The notes under the pieces were generated by a model. It was not told the origin of the DNA, did not search any database, and saw nothing but the letters and a program-made list of their open reading frames with translations. A stretch of 63,956 nt of DNA, counting the filler, from Octopus bimaculoides (taxonomy: Eukaryota), in NCBI RefSeq assembly GCF_001194135.2. It is 4 parts of 4 records of this genome, joined end to end, with 100 filler letters (N's around TTAATTAATTAA, not from the genome) between each part and the next. Parts side by side here need not be neighbours in the genome. Positions count along the whole stretch, not along the records: positions 1 to 13,176 come from NC_068982.1; 3 more parts are not named here. One strand, given 5' to 3'. Every line of letters begins with the position of its first letter. Position 1 is the first letter of the stretch. Of the stretch, positions 1 to 11,920 are shown in pieces. Position numbers and translations under genes: made by a program.

Positions 1-509
1 TGTGTGTGTGTGTGTGTGTGTGTGTATCCCCAATTTCTCAATTTTGAGGATAGTTTCTTCCCTCCTACCGGTCATGGAGACCCTGTAAAGGGCCATGCGC
101 ACTATCTTGTCTCCTATCTAAAAAAAAAAAGAAAGAAAAAAAGAATGCACACACACACAGTGACAAATACATACATGTATATATATATATATATATAAAC
201 ATACATACATGCATGCATGCATGCATACATACATACATACATATATGCACACACACAAACACATACATACACACAAACGAATAAGAGCACATAAACGCAT
301 GAATACATACATACGCACCTAAATCAGTATAAGAATTACATATCTAACAGGTACTGATACCGGATTATTGCTGTTTAGCCCCAGGTCATTATGATCAATG
401 AGATCGATGATGAAAAACGTTTTGGCAATGACCGTTTTGCCTTTTACTTGGAAATAATGCTTCTTCGAACCACATTACGGAATTTATCTTTTTCCTTAAA
501 ATACCGTAA

Positions 510-819
510 GTGGAGGAGCAATGGCCCAGTTTTTAGGGCAGCAGACTCGCGGTCGGAGGATCGCGGTTTCGATTCCCAGACCGGGCGTTGTGTGTGTTTA
601 TTGAGCGAAAACACCTAAAAGCTCTACGAGGCTCCGGCAAGGGGAGGGGGTGGCAACGCCTGTTGTACTCTTTCGCCCCAACTTTCTCTCACTCTTTCTT
701 CCTGTTTCTTGAGTAACGCTGTGATGGACTGGCGTCCCGTCCAGCTGGGGCGGAACACATACGCCATAGAAACCAGGAAACCGGGCCGATGAGCCTGGCT
801 AGGCTTTGAAAGGGCGACG
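510..819 (+). mobile_element. tRNA-derived SINE (family A head, MetaSINE-like body) with a 12-bp TSD
   Basis: A/B-box head (TGGCCCAGT..GTTTCGATTCCC), GATGGACTGGCGTCCCGTCCAG body, TSD AAAATACCGTAA at 498-509 and 820-831. Confidence 0.8.
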
Positions 820-978
820 AAAATACCGTAAAATTTGACTGAAGGGGGAAATTTAGTTGCTATTCCAAGCAGATGAAGCTACTGCGTAGAAGTCCCTTTC
901 ATAATTCATTATTCCAACCATCATAACCACCGTCACGCCACTACACACACACGCACACGCACACACACACACACACAT

Positions 979-1225
979 CAGCGTTTCTCAACCGAGGTCC
1001 CCCGAAACTGTAGGGTTCCGCAAAAGATTCCTAGGGGGTTCCACGAGAAAGAGTGAGATGAGCTAATAGTAATTTCAGTATCGTAATATTACTATACGTG
1101 CACATTTTGGTTATTGTGATATTGTAATATAGACATTGTCCTATCTAATTTATTATGTTATCAAAAAAAATATATATAACCACTGGGGATATATTTAGGG
1201 ATGTCTGTAATTTATGGACACCCTA

Positions 1226-1262
<37 letters not shown>

Positions 1263-1397
1263 ATTTACCACGTGAACTATGATGAAAAAAATATGAGAAA
1301 GATATGATATTTAATTTTTTTTAACCAGGGATTCGTTCGTTGGGACATATAATTTGTTTTAAGGCTTACGCAAGGGTAAAATGGTTGAGAAATACTG
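979..1397. mobile_element. Non-autonomous hAT-like MITE
   Basis: 15-bp TIRs CAGCGTTTCTCAACC / GGTTGAGAAATACTG (13/15 match), Charlie-type ends. No clear TSD. Confidence 0.7.
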
Positions 1398-1413
1398 ATA
1401 TATTTATATATGC

Positions 1414-1550
1414 GACGGGCTTCTTTCGGCTTCCGTCTACCAAATCCACTCACAAGGCTTTGGTTAGCCCGAGGCTATAATAGAAGACACTTGCCCAATG
1501 TGCCACGCAGTGGGACTGAAACCAGAACCATCTGGTTGGGAAGCAAGTGT
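1414..1550 (-). mobile_element. SINE family B (tRNA head, CORE-like TTGGGCAAGTGTCTT), 5' half
   Basis: Reverse complement of the consensus seen at 62043-62390. Confidence 0.85.
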
Positions 1551-1562
1551 CGTCTAATATAG

Positions 1563-1905
1563 CTTTGAGCCGATCAAAGCCTTATTAGTGGATTTGTTAG
1601 ACGGAAACTAAAAGAAGCCTTTTGTGTATGTATGTATGTATATTTATATGTGTTTGTGTGTGTGTGTGTGTGTGTGTGCACGTGCGCGTTTGTGTTTGTG
1701 TTTGCCCTCCACCACCGCTTAACGACCGGTATTGGTTTGTTTTACATTCCCGTAAATTAGCGATTCGATAGAATAAGTACCAGGCAAAAAAAGAAGAAAA
1801 AAAAGGTAATATAAGTACTGGGGTCAGTTTGTTTGACTAAACCCGTCAGGGGGTTGCCCCAGCATGACCGCAATCTAATAACTGAAACGACTAAAACATA
1901 GAAAG
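1563..1905 (+). mobile_element. SINE family B, 5'-truncated
   Basis: Body, internal (TG)n and tail homologous to 4992-5390. Confidence 0.8.
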
Positions 1906-2639
1906 TGTGTACTCGCGTGCGCGCGTATGCATGTGCGTGTGTGTGTATAAACTTTGGCTGTTTATTATTTCAATCGATCACAAGCTTAGTGAATCTGTAC
2001 TCAACTAAAACTGTGAGTCACTATTACACACACACTGTACGTCTGTCTATTATTCCGTCCCAGACGTCAATCGTTCGATAGTAATAGAATAAAAAGCATC
2101 TTGGTAACGGGAAAAACTCAATGTTTACGTCGGTTAACAAAACGGTTGATAAATAATACGTGAAAAAAAACACTATGTGCTGCAAGGAGATATATGTTTA
2201 GTGATGCTTTTGTCGATGTCCTTTCTTCGAAGAAATTAAGTCAGTATACCTCCTTATAAACTTTTTCAATTAAGCTTTTTACTGGAAATGGTTATTTTCC
2301 CTGCAACTCATTGATATAAAATGATGCATGGATCAAGTAAAAAGACAGAGTTACTTCCCTTGGAGTGTGCTGTCATGATTAAAGCCATTTAGTTATATTT
2401 TTTGGTTTTGTGTATGTTTTTATTATTATAGTGACTTGATTTTTCTATTTTTTTTTTTTCAAGAAACCAGGATCGTAACGGAATCGGCAGAAAGCAGCTG
2501 CGTATATATCTATTAGCAGACAGTTAGCTATATGCTATGCCATTTCGTTTCCTCTCAATACGTTCTGAGCTCAAATTCAGCCGATATCGAGTTAAATTTT
2601 AAAGCATTCTGGAGTATAATAAGGATGTATTATATCAAG

Positions 2640-3380
2640 GTAGGTACGTCCGTCTTTCCGTTCTGAGTTCAAATTCTGCCGCGGTTGACCTAGCCTTTCA
2701 TCCTTTCGCGGTCGATAAAATAAGTACCTGTCAAGTACTGGAGGTCGATGTAATCTAATCTCCGTCCCCTAATTTTGAGACCTTGTGCTTATTGTAGAAA
2801 GGATTATTATGAGGTTAGTCAAATTTTGATACAAGGTCAGTAAGTTCAGGAGAAGGAGTAAGTCGATTACACTGACCACAGTGTTCAGTTGCTTCTTATT
2901 TTATCGACCTCGAAAGAGATAAAAGTCAACCTCGGCGGAAATTCAATGCGGAACGTAAAGACAGACTAAGTGCCGATAAGCATTTTGTCCGGCGTAGTAA
3001 CGATTCTTTTCTACTTTAGGCACAAGGCTCGAATTTTGGGGGAAGGGGACCAGTCGATTAGATCGACCTCAGTATGTAATTGGTACTTAATTTATCGACC
3101 CTGAAAGGATCAAAGGTAAAGTCGACCTCGGCGGAATTTGAACTCAGAACGTAGCGGCAGACGAAATACCGCTAAGCATTTCGCCCGGCGTGCGAACGTT
3201 TCTTATTTCTTTATTGTCCACAAGGGGCTAAACATAGAGGGGACAAACAAGGACAGACGACGGGATTAAGTCGATTACATCGATTCTAGTGCGTAACTAG
3301 TACTTAATTTATCGACCCCGAAAAGATCAAAGGTAAAGTCGACCTCGGCGGAATTTGAACTCAGAACGTAGCGGCAGACN
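2640..3380. mobile_element. Cluster of tRNA-derived family C SINEs (one plus, three minus)
   Basis: Repeated GTTCTGAGTTCAAATTCCGCCGAGGTCGAC core (B box GTTCAAATTCC) or its reverse complement. Confidence 0.85.
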
Positions 3381-3814
3381 NNNNNNNNNNNNNNNNNNNN
3401 NNNNNNNNNNNNNNNNNNNNNNNNNNNNNNNNNNNNNNNNNNNNNNNNNNNNNNNNNNNNNNNNNNNNNNNNNNNNNNNNNNNNNNNNNNNNNNNNNNNN
3501 NNNNNNNNNNNNNNNNNNNNNNNNNNNNNNNNNNNNNNNNNNNNNNNNNNNNNNNNNNNNNNNNNNNNNNNNNNNNNNNNNNNNNNNNNNNNNNNNNNNN
3601 NNNNNNNNNNNNNNNNNNNNNNNNNNNNNNNNNNNNNNNNNNNNNNNNNNNNNNNNNNNNNNNNNNNNNNNNNNNNNNNNNNNNNNNNNNNNNNNNNNNN
3701 NNNNNNNNNNNNNNNNNNNNNNNNNNNNNNNNNNNNNNNNNNNNNNNNNNNNNNNNNNNNNNNNNAGGTCTCTGTATATATTCGGGTAAGGTGAGGTGGG
3801 GAGCGGTGCTATCG

Positions 3815-4040
3815 TACCCGCCTATAATATTGGCTTCAAATTTTGGCACAAGGCCAGCAATTTCGGGGAAGGGGCCAAGTCGCTTACATCGACTCCAATG
3901 TTCAACTGGTACTTATTTTATAGAAAATGGATGAAAGTTAAAGTTGACCTCAGCAGAATTTTAATTCAGAACGCAAAAAATAGACGAAATGCTGCTAAGC
4001 ATTTCCCCCGGCGTGCTAACAATTCTGCCAGCTCGCCGTT
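3815..4040 (-). mobile_element. SINE family C
   Basis: Full reverse-complement copy. Confidence 0.85.
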
Positions 4041-4267
4041 TTACCCGCCAATATTTTAAAATAAGCATTCTACATCATTTAGAGAGACACTGGAGTTTGA
4101 GATACCGATGAATGTCACACAGAATTCTCCCTCCCATATAAAAAAGTTGTTCGGACACTTTAACTGAGGTTATCGGTAAACCTATTATATATACGTAGGG
4201 TAGTTTCTACTCAACATTCTCAGTTTTAGTTCGTATTTTTTTTTAACTGCATTATACTTACATACAT

Positions 4268-4490
4268 AAGGCGGCGAGCTGGCAGGATCGTTAGCACGCC
4301 GGACGAAATGCTTAGCGGTATGTCGTCTGCCGTTACGTTCTGAGTTCAAATTCCGCCGAGGTTGACTTTACCTTTTATCCTTTCACGGTCGATTAAATAA
4401 GTACTAGTTACGCACTGGTGTCGGTATAATCGACTTAATTCCTTTGTCCCCTCTATGTTTAGCCCCCTGCGGGCAATAAAGAAATAATTA
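4268..4490 (+). mobile_element. SINE family C, alternative tail (C2)
   Basis: AAGGCGGCGAGCTGGCAG head; TTTGTCCCCTCTATGTTTAGCCCC..GGGCAATAAAGAAATAA tail. Confidence 0.9.
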
Positions 4491-4517
4491 TACATACATG
4501 CATACATATTGGAATGG

Positions 4518-4648
4518 TGGTGTGGTTAAGAAGCTCACTTTGCAACCATGTGTTTTGAAGTTCAGTCCCACTGGGCAGCACCTTGGGTAGGTGTCTTCTA
4601 CTATAGACAAGGGTCGATCCTGTGAGTGATTTTGGTAGACGGAAAGAG
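4518..4648 (+). mobile_element. SINE family B, degenerate head
   Basis: GTGTGGTTAAGAAG..GTTCAGTCCCACT..GTGTCTTCTACTATAG. Confidence 0.7.
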
Positions 4649-4715
4649 ATATATATGTATGTGTGTGTATCTATATATTATGTATGTGCGTGTGTATGTT
4701 AGAGGGTGTGGGGTG

Positions 4716-4746
<31 letters not shown>

Positions 4747-4991
4747 CATGCATGCATATGCGCTTGTGTTAATATATTCTCCATTGTTAACAAAAACGTG
4801 GAAATGGCCCAATGGTTAAAAGTCTCGCTTCTCAGTCACATGAATCTGGGTTCCATCCATTGTACGTGACGATGGGCAATGATTGTTTTTATTTTTGCTA
4901 CAGCTTTCTTGTGACCAGTAGCTAGTTTGTCGTGTGTGTATGTACACACACGCAAACACACACACACACATATATACATACATACGTAGAC

Positions 4992-5145
4992 GTAGCTGTG
5001 TGGTAATAAGCTTGCTTCCCAGCTACATGGTTCCGGGTTCAGTCTCACTGCGTGGCACCTGGGGTAAGTGTCTTCTACTATAGCCTCGAGCCGACCAAAG
5101 CCTTGTGAGTGGATTTGGTAGAAGGAAACTGAAAGAAGCCCGTCG

Positions 5146-5178
<33 letters not shown>

Positions 5179-5390
5179 ATATGTGTTTGTCCCCTCCCCT
5201 ACCATCACTTGACAACCGATGTTGATGTGTTTACGTCCCCTTAATCTAGCGGTTCGGCAAAAAGATACCGATAGAATAAGTACTAGGCTTACAAAGAATC
5301 AGTCCTGGCGTCGATTTGTTCGACTAAAGGCGGTGCTCCAGCATGGTCGCAATCAAATGAATGAAACAAGTAAAAGAATAAAAGAATATA
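4992..5390 (+). mobile_element. SINE family B, full length
   Basis: Head, CORE-like segment, internal microsatellite and tail ending GAAACAAGTAAAAGAATAAAAGAAT. Confidence 0.9.
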
Positions 5391-5646
5391 TACAAAGATA
5401 TATGTTAATTTTCACGCGCACATATGCATATGTACATGCACCCCGTCTATCTATCTATCTATCTATCTATCTATGTCTGTCTGTCTGTCTGTCTGTCTAT
5501 CCATCTATCTATCTGTCTGTCTGTCTATTTAGCTCTCTGTATATCCACTTACTTTTATAATCAATCAACATTTTTTATGATCATGATACTTTCCTATATT
5601 CGAGACTATAAAAAAAACCAAGCGCCTCCACTTTTCGCATGCACGC

Positions 5647-5679
<33 letters not shown>

Positions 5680-6414
5680 GCACGCACGCACACACACACA
5701 CACACACACACATGCATACACGCACGCTTACATGTAAATGTACATATACTTCTCACACACTTTCACAGATTCAAATGCGCATACATATACATACATGTAC
5801 CAAATCATCGTAGACGCCTTTAGCTCAGTTTGCTAGAAACAACAGCAAAAGTCCGTCAGAAATCACACTCTAACATCACAGAAGAAAAGGCAGATATGAT
5901 AATGCTGTCCTAGAAAAACGACGAAAAAAAAAAAAAGAAAGAGAAAAATACTGGATGGTCACTACTGGAACGGCTTTAATCATAAATGTGATAAAAGCTG
6001 ACCTGGAACTAGACACCACAAACGTGCAGTTAGAGACACACGAGTATTACTGCTGTAATGTCACCAAATACATACATTCTGGTGTAATATACACATTCAC
6101 ATATACACCCACCTGTATATGAACTTTCACAAATACACTTGTGCACATTTGTACATACATACATACATATACACATACATACATACATATACACATACAT
6201 ACAGACATACATATAATAATACAAATAACATGTGAGAATATGCATAGATACGTACATGTATATACAAACTTACATCTACTTGTATATATAGATGCATATC
6301 TGGGTACAGGACGTCACAAAAAAATACGTAGACAAAATGAAAAACAGAGCACAGAAAACAAACAGACCACATACAGAATATTTCTTTCATCAGCTGCCCC
6401 TATTCTAAACTAAG

Positions 6415-6845
6415 CGTTTCGTTTACTTGTTTCAGTCATTTGACTGCGGCCATGCTGGAGCACTGCTTTTAGTCGAGCAAATCTACCCCAGAACTTATTC
6501 TTTGTAAGCCTAGTATTTATTCTATCGGTCATTTTTGCCGAACCGCTATATTACGGGGATGTAAACACATCAGCATCGGTTGTCAAGCGATGTTGGGGGG
6601 AGGGACAACCACAGATACACAAACATATACACACACATACATATATATACACACATATACATATACATACATACATTTTTATATATATAATGGGCTTGTT
6701 TCAGTTTCCATCTACCAAATCCACTCAAAATGTTTTGGTCAGCCCAAGATTATAATAGGAGACACTTGCGCAAGGTGTCACACAGTGGGACTGAACCCGG
6801 AACTATGTGGTTGGTAAGCAAGCTACTTACCACAAGCTCCTCCTG
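6415..6845 (-). mobile_element. SINE family B, full length
   Basis: Reverse-complement homology over head, microsatellite and tail. Confidence 0.9.
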
Positions 6846-6922
6846 TGCGTATATATATATCTATATCTATATATACACACACACACACACACACACATAT
6901 ATACATGTACATATACAGGCAT

Positions 6923-6966
<44 letters not shown>

Positions 6967-7789
6967 TACACACACACACACAGATATGCATGTGTGCACT
7001 CTCGCTCTCTCTCACTGCAGAAAAGTGTATTTTTATTTTTGTGTTTCTTTTCTATATATTTTGTGGATGTATGTACATGCATATGCATGTGTGTGTGCGT
7101 GTGTGTGCGCGCGCGCGTGCGTGCGTGCGTGAGTGTTTGTGTGTAAGAGCATGCATTACACTTTATCTTTTACAGCAAACATCGGTAACTACACATTAAT
7201 GTGCTTGCATGCATGCTCGCGTGCACACACACACACACACACACACAGAGTAGCTAACACTCTCTGGAACATCACCATACCGTCCACCACCACCACCACC
7301 ACCACCGTCGCTACCACTGCCGCCACCATTACAACTATTCTTCATTCCCTCCACTAACTATGATCTTTGCATCATGCTAGCCTGAAGCAAAGGCAAACCT
7401 TCAACTAGATTCCCTTCCACTTCTGTTTCCCCCCTTCCCTCTTCCTTTCCATTATTCTCTTCTTGCCCTTCTTTTCCTTCCCCCAAAGCTTAGTCCACCT
7501 GAAAAAAAAAAACAAAAAAAAAACAACAACAACAAACAAAAAGAAGTCATGACCAGAGACAGGGGGAGGCAGTGAATGGAGGATGCAGTGTGTGTGAGTG
7601 TGTGGAGGGGGGGAAACAATGCAGAAGTATAAGTGATCCTAAAGATCCTGGCATGGATCAGTATTGGTATATGATGGAGATGACAGAGGGGAGAAACAGG
7701 GAACGTGAATGTCTTTGTTTGTGGATTTAATAACAAAAAAAAACAGTCATGGAAACTTTTAACTAGTACAGACTGGATATTGGCAGTCA

Positions 7790-7822
<33 letters not shown>

Positions 7823-7949
7823 TAGATAGAGAGAATGTGTGCTTGAGAGAGAGAGAGAGAGGGGGAGGGAGTGCGAGTGCATGCAGTATGTGTGTGTGTG
7901 TGTGTGAATGAGGGTTAGGAATGGCAATGGAGGTTTATGGAGAGACAGT

Positions 7950-8809
7950 TGAGTCCAGGAGAGTCAATGAAATAGATGAGAGAGCCAGTTAAGGAAAGCA
8001 ATTGAGGTTAATGGAGTTAATGAGAGTCAGTTAAGTTTAAGAAAGTCAATGAAAGTTAAGAGAGGGTCAGTGGAGGTTAAGACCGCCAATAGAGATTAAG
8101 AGAGTCAATGAAGGTTAAGAGAGAGTGAATGGAATAACGAGAGTCCATTATGTTTAAGAGAGAATGAATGTAATTAAGTGAGAGTTAGTTAAGGTTAAGA
8201 GAGTCACAGCAGGCTATAGAGAGTCAATAGAAATTATAGATAATCAGTGGAGGTTATAAAATGTCTGTTGAGGTGAAGTGACACAGTGAAAGTTAACTAT
8301 AATAAAGATTAAGGGAGTCAACGAAAGTTAGGAGAGAGTCAGTGAAAGTTATTGAGAGTTAGTTAAGGTTAAGAGAGTCAACTGAGGTAAAGAAAGTTAG
8401 CAGAGATAATAAATGATAAGAGAGATACTGGAAATTGAGAGATTGAAGTGGAAATTAAGTCAATGAAGATTAACAAAGAGTCAATGAAGGTTGAGATTAA
8501 CAGACTTAAGAAAGATAATGTTGATTAAGAAAGAATCAATGGAGATTGCAAAGAGTCAATGAAATTAACATAGATGATAAATGTTAAGAGATAGTCAATG
8601 AATGTTAAGAGAGTCAATAGAGAATATAGTGTCAGCTAAGATTGGGTCAATAGGGAATAAACATTGATAACAAAGAAGTAGAGCGATTCCAAAAGGTTAT
8701 GTGACAATGGGGATTAACACAGATAGAAGAGATTAGTAGAGATAGGGGAGATTATAAAGTGTCATTGGATGTTAACCGAGATAATAGTGGTTAAAAGAGA
8801 TAGTGGACA

Positions 8810-8810
<1 letters not shown>
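7950..8810. repeat. Degenerate 19-bp tandem array (GAGAGTCAATGAAGGTTAA)
   Basis: Dozens of diverged units, with a strong purine bias on the plus strand. Resumes at 9745-9795. Confidence 0.85.
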
Positions 8811-8847
<37 letters not shown>

Positions 8848-8973
8848 TACATATATATAAATTTATATAAATAAGGCTAATGTCATTATTTAAATATTGA
8901 TCTTATCAAGTGGCCAGCATGTGAATAAAAACCATCAAAGGTGATAATTATTTAAAATTATAATTTAGGGTAT

Positions 8974-9175
8974 CTAAGAGATACCACCACGCTTGAAATA
9001 GCAGTCAAAGCTTGACTCTAAAACCTAAAACCACAATAAATGTTCATACAGCACCAGGAGAGAAGACGAAGAGACAAAATAAACTATCGTCTTCTCTCCT
9101 GGTGCTGCATGAACATTTATTGTGGTTTTAGAGTCAAGCTTTGGCTGCTATTTTCAGCGTGGTGGTATGTCTTAG
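8974..9175. repeat. Foldback element with arms of about 90 bp, abutting a gap
   Basis: 8974-9069 versus 9087-9175 reverse complement. The left arm has a 7-bp duplication CTAAAAC. Confidence 0.9.
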
Positions 9176-9461
9176 NNNNNNNNNNNNNNNNNNNNNNNNN
9201 NNNNNNNNNNNNNNNNNNNNNNNNNNNNNNNNNNNNNNNNNNNNNNNNNNNNNNNNNNNNNNNNNNNNNNNNNNNNNNNNNNNNNNNNNNNNNNNNNNNN
9301 NNNNNNNNNNNNNNNNNNNNNNNNNNNNNNNNNNNNNNNNNNNNNNNNNNNNNNNNNNNNNNNNNNNNNNNNNNNNNNNNNNNNNNNNNNNNNNNNNNNN
9401 NNNNNNNNNNAGTAAAAACAAGAAGAAAAAACAATGAAAAACTAACCAATTCAGATGATTA

Positions 9462-9531
9462 ACAGCAGACGCGTTTCAGGATTATGATTAATAATTAACA
9501 ATTAATAATCAATTTCCTTCATCAGTACTGT
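9462..9531 (-). ncRNA. Type I hammerhead ribozyme motif, intact core
   Basis: Minus strand reads ACAGTA-CTGATGA-AGGA..long AU hairpin..TCCT-GAAAC-GC-GTC-TGCTGT: 6-bp stem I, palindromic ACGCGT stem III, GTC triplet. Confidence 0.8.
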
Positions 9532-9634
9532 ATTCCAGTAGTGCTATCTGTGAGATTCTCAGCTTTTTTAGCTGCTATTTTCTTAACTTCGGTATATGGT
9601 GAAGCAAATATTTTGCTGATCCCTTAATTATATT

Positions 9635-9710
<76 letters not shown>

Positions 9711-10321
9711 CAGAGAGAGAGAGAGAGAAAGAGCGAGAGAGTTACTGAAGTTCAAGAGAGTCAATGAAGTTTAAGAGAGTCGATGGAACTTAACAAAGAC
9801 AAAATTTAATTTAGACAGATAATGATTATTTAAGGGTTGAAGACTAAGGATGTAAACATAAATGGTGAAATAACTTAGATTATGTAGTTTACAGTACAGG
9901 ATTAATCAGCTTAGAGTATGTATTTTTTAATACAGGACTAATTAACTGAACATTTGATGAGCTAATAAGCTCAGTTGGGCCTTATGGTTTCACTACTTGT
10001 TGATGTCATTGTTGTTTAATTGGATCACAGACACTTCTGCTAGGACTGTTTCATTCCCCCCCCCCCCAGTTTTGTCCAGATACAATACCAACTATCCAGA
10101 CACCAATGATTCAGAATCTCTTATTATCTGCACTAATTTATGAACAGGAATTTCAAATTACCATGGGTACCAGATTAATTTACTGGTGTCTTGCACGTTT
10201 CACAAAATACAATTTAATAAACTTATATCATTTATATTAATGTGACGGTACCTGTAATTTATCTAACTATTTAAGTAAATTTCATATTTATTTAATTTAG
10301 AGTGTGTTGACCAAGATGTAG

Positions 10322-10640
10322 GAATGCCTGTGTGGTAAGAAGTTTGCTTCCCACCCTCATGGCTCCAGGTCCAGTTCCACTACATGGCAAAGTAGACGTG
10401 CAATTTTTACCTTTCAATGAAAAGTGTACTAATCCCTCTCTCTCTTTCGGAGATGCACAAGCACATACACAGACATATATACACGCGGCAGTAACTTCCG
10501 CCTACCAAATTCAATCACAAAGCTTCGGTCGGCCCGGGGCTATAGCAGAAGACACTTGCCCAAGGTGCTACACGGTAGGACTGAACCTGAAACCATGTAG
10601 CTGGGAAGCATACTTCCAAACCACACAGCCTTGCCCGCGC
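10322..10640. mobile_element. Family B plus-strand head (10322-10386) and minus-strand 5' half (10480-10640)
   Basis: Both match the family B head, in opposite orientations. Confidence 0.75.
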
Positions 10641-10649
10641 CTACTATAA

Positions 10650-11200
10650 CTTTTAATTCTCCATGCAAAGTAGGCATGCAAATTTTACCTTTAAATGTAA
10701 AGTGTGTTAGTATTTTTAACTTTGCGTGAAAAGTGGGTATACAATCTTTACCTTTCCATGAAAAGTGTAGGAGTAACTTTTAATTTTCCATGAAAAGTAG
10801 GCATGCAAATTTTACCTTTCTCTGAAAAGTGTGCTAGTAATTTTTAACTTCCCATGCAATTTGTACCTTTTCATGAAAAGTGTGCCAGTAATTTTTACTT
10901 TTCCATGAAAAGTGTGCTAGTAATTTATACCTTTCTATGCAGAGTAGGCATACAACTTTTACCTATCCATGAAAAGTGCCCTAGGAGTTTTTAACTTTTC
11001 ATACAGAGCAGACATGCAATTTTTACCTTTTTATGAAAAGCATGCAAGTAATTTTAATTTCCCATGCAATGTAAGCATGCAATTTTTACTTTTCCATGAA
11101 AAATGTGCTAGTAGTTTAGTAGTCTTTAACTTTGAATGAAAAGCAGAATATTTAACTTCAAAAGGAAAAGTGAGCTTGTAGTTTTTAACTTTCCATGATC
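10650..11200. repeat. Minisatellite with a 31-32 bp unit and alternating subtypes
   Basis: G(A/C/T)AAAGT anchor at 10665, 10697, 10728, 10760, 10792, 10824. One more unit pair at 10387-10435. Confidence 0.9.
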
Positions 11201-11384
11201 AAATAACAAAATGTCACAGTGCACATCATTAGTTTCTGTATAAATAGCCGCTTTTGTTTGCACCTGTAAAAAAAGAAAAAAAAAAATTAATCAATATAAC
11301 AAAAAGTTTTAGAAAACAATTAAAATTATTTTGAATTAAAAATAAAAGGTATTAATCAGAATTGCTTGTGTCTTTTAGCTTTTA

Positions 11385-11668
11385 TTTCTTCCAGTCATTT
11401 CACTGTGACACTGCTTGGACACAATCTTGAAGGGTTTATGCAAAATGAATTGACCTAAGTATTTATTTTTAAGTCCAGTACTTATTTTATCGATCTTTTT
11501 TGCCAAACCACTAAGTTATGGATAGTGGGGTGTATAAACGAACCAATACCAGTTGTCAAGCCTGAGGCTATAGTAGAAGACACTTGCCCAAGGTGCCATG
11601 CAGTGGGACTGAACCTGGAACCATGTGGTTGGTAAGCAAGCAACTTACCACACAGCCACTCCTGCACC
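11385..11668 (-). mobile_element. SINE family B with an internal deletion
   Basis: Tail joined directly to head at about 11560; microsatellite region missing. Confidence 0.75.
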
Positions 11669-11709
11669 TATATATGTTTAAGAATCTTATTGAAACAATT
11701 ATAATAATG

Positions 11710-11920
11710 GGTTCAAATTTTGGCACAAGACCAGCGGTTTCAAGGAAGGAGCTAAGTCAGTTACATCAGCCCCAATGCTCAACTGCTACTTATTTTATCG
11801 AACTACAAAAGGATGGAGAGCAAAGTCAGCTCCAGTGGAATTTGAACTCGGAACATATAGATGAACAAAATGCCGTTAAGCATTTTGCTTGGTGTGTCGT
11901 TTATTCTGCCTGCTTGCTGA
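11710..11920 (-). mobile_element. SINE family C, diverged
   Basis: Reverse-complement homology. Confidence 0.7.

Noticed and set aside
512-590. tRNA gene calls for SINE heads (also 15113-15190 and others)
   Set aside because: A/B boxes are present, but each continues into a repeated body and tail, two have TSDs, and no intact cloverleaf was evident.
10650-11200. CRISPR-like interpretation of the 32-bp array (also the 19-bp array)
   Set aside because: No unique spacers, degenerate units, eukaryotic context, no cas genes.
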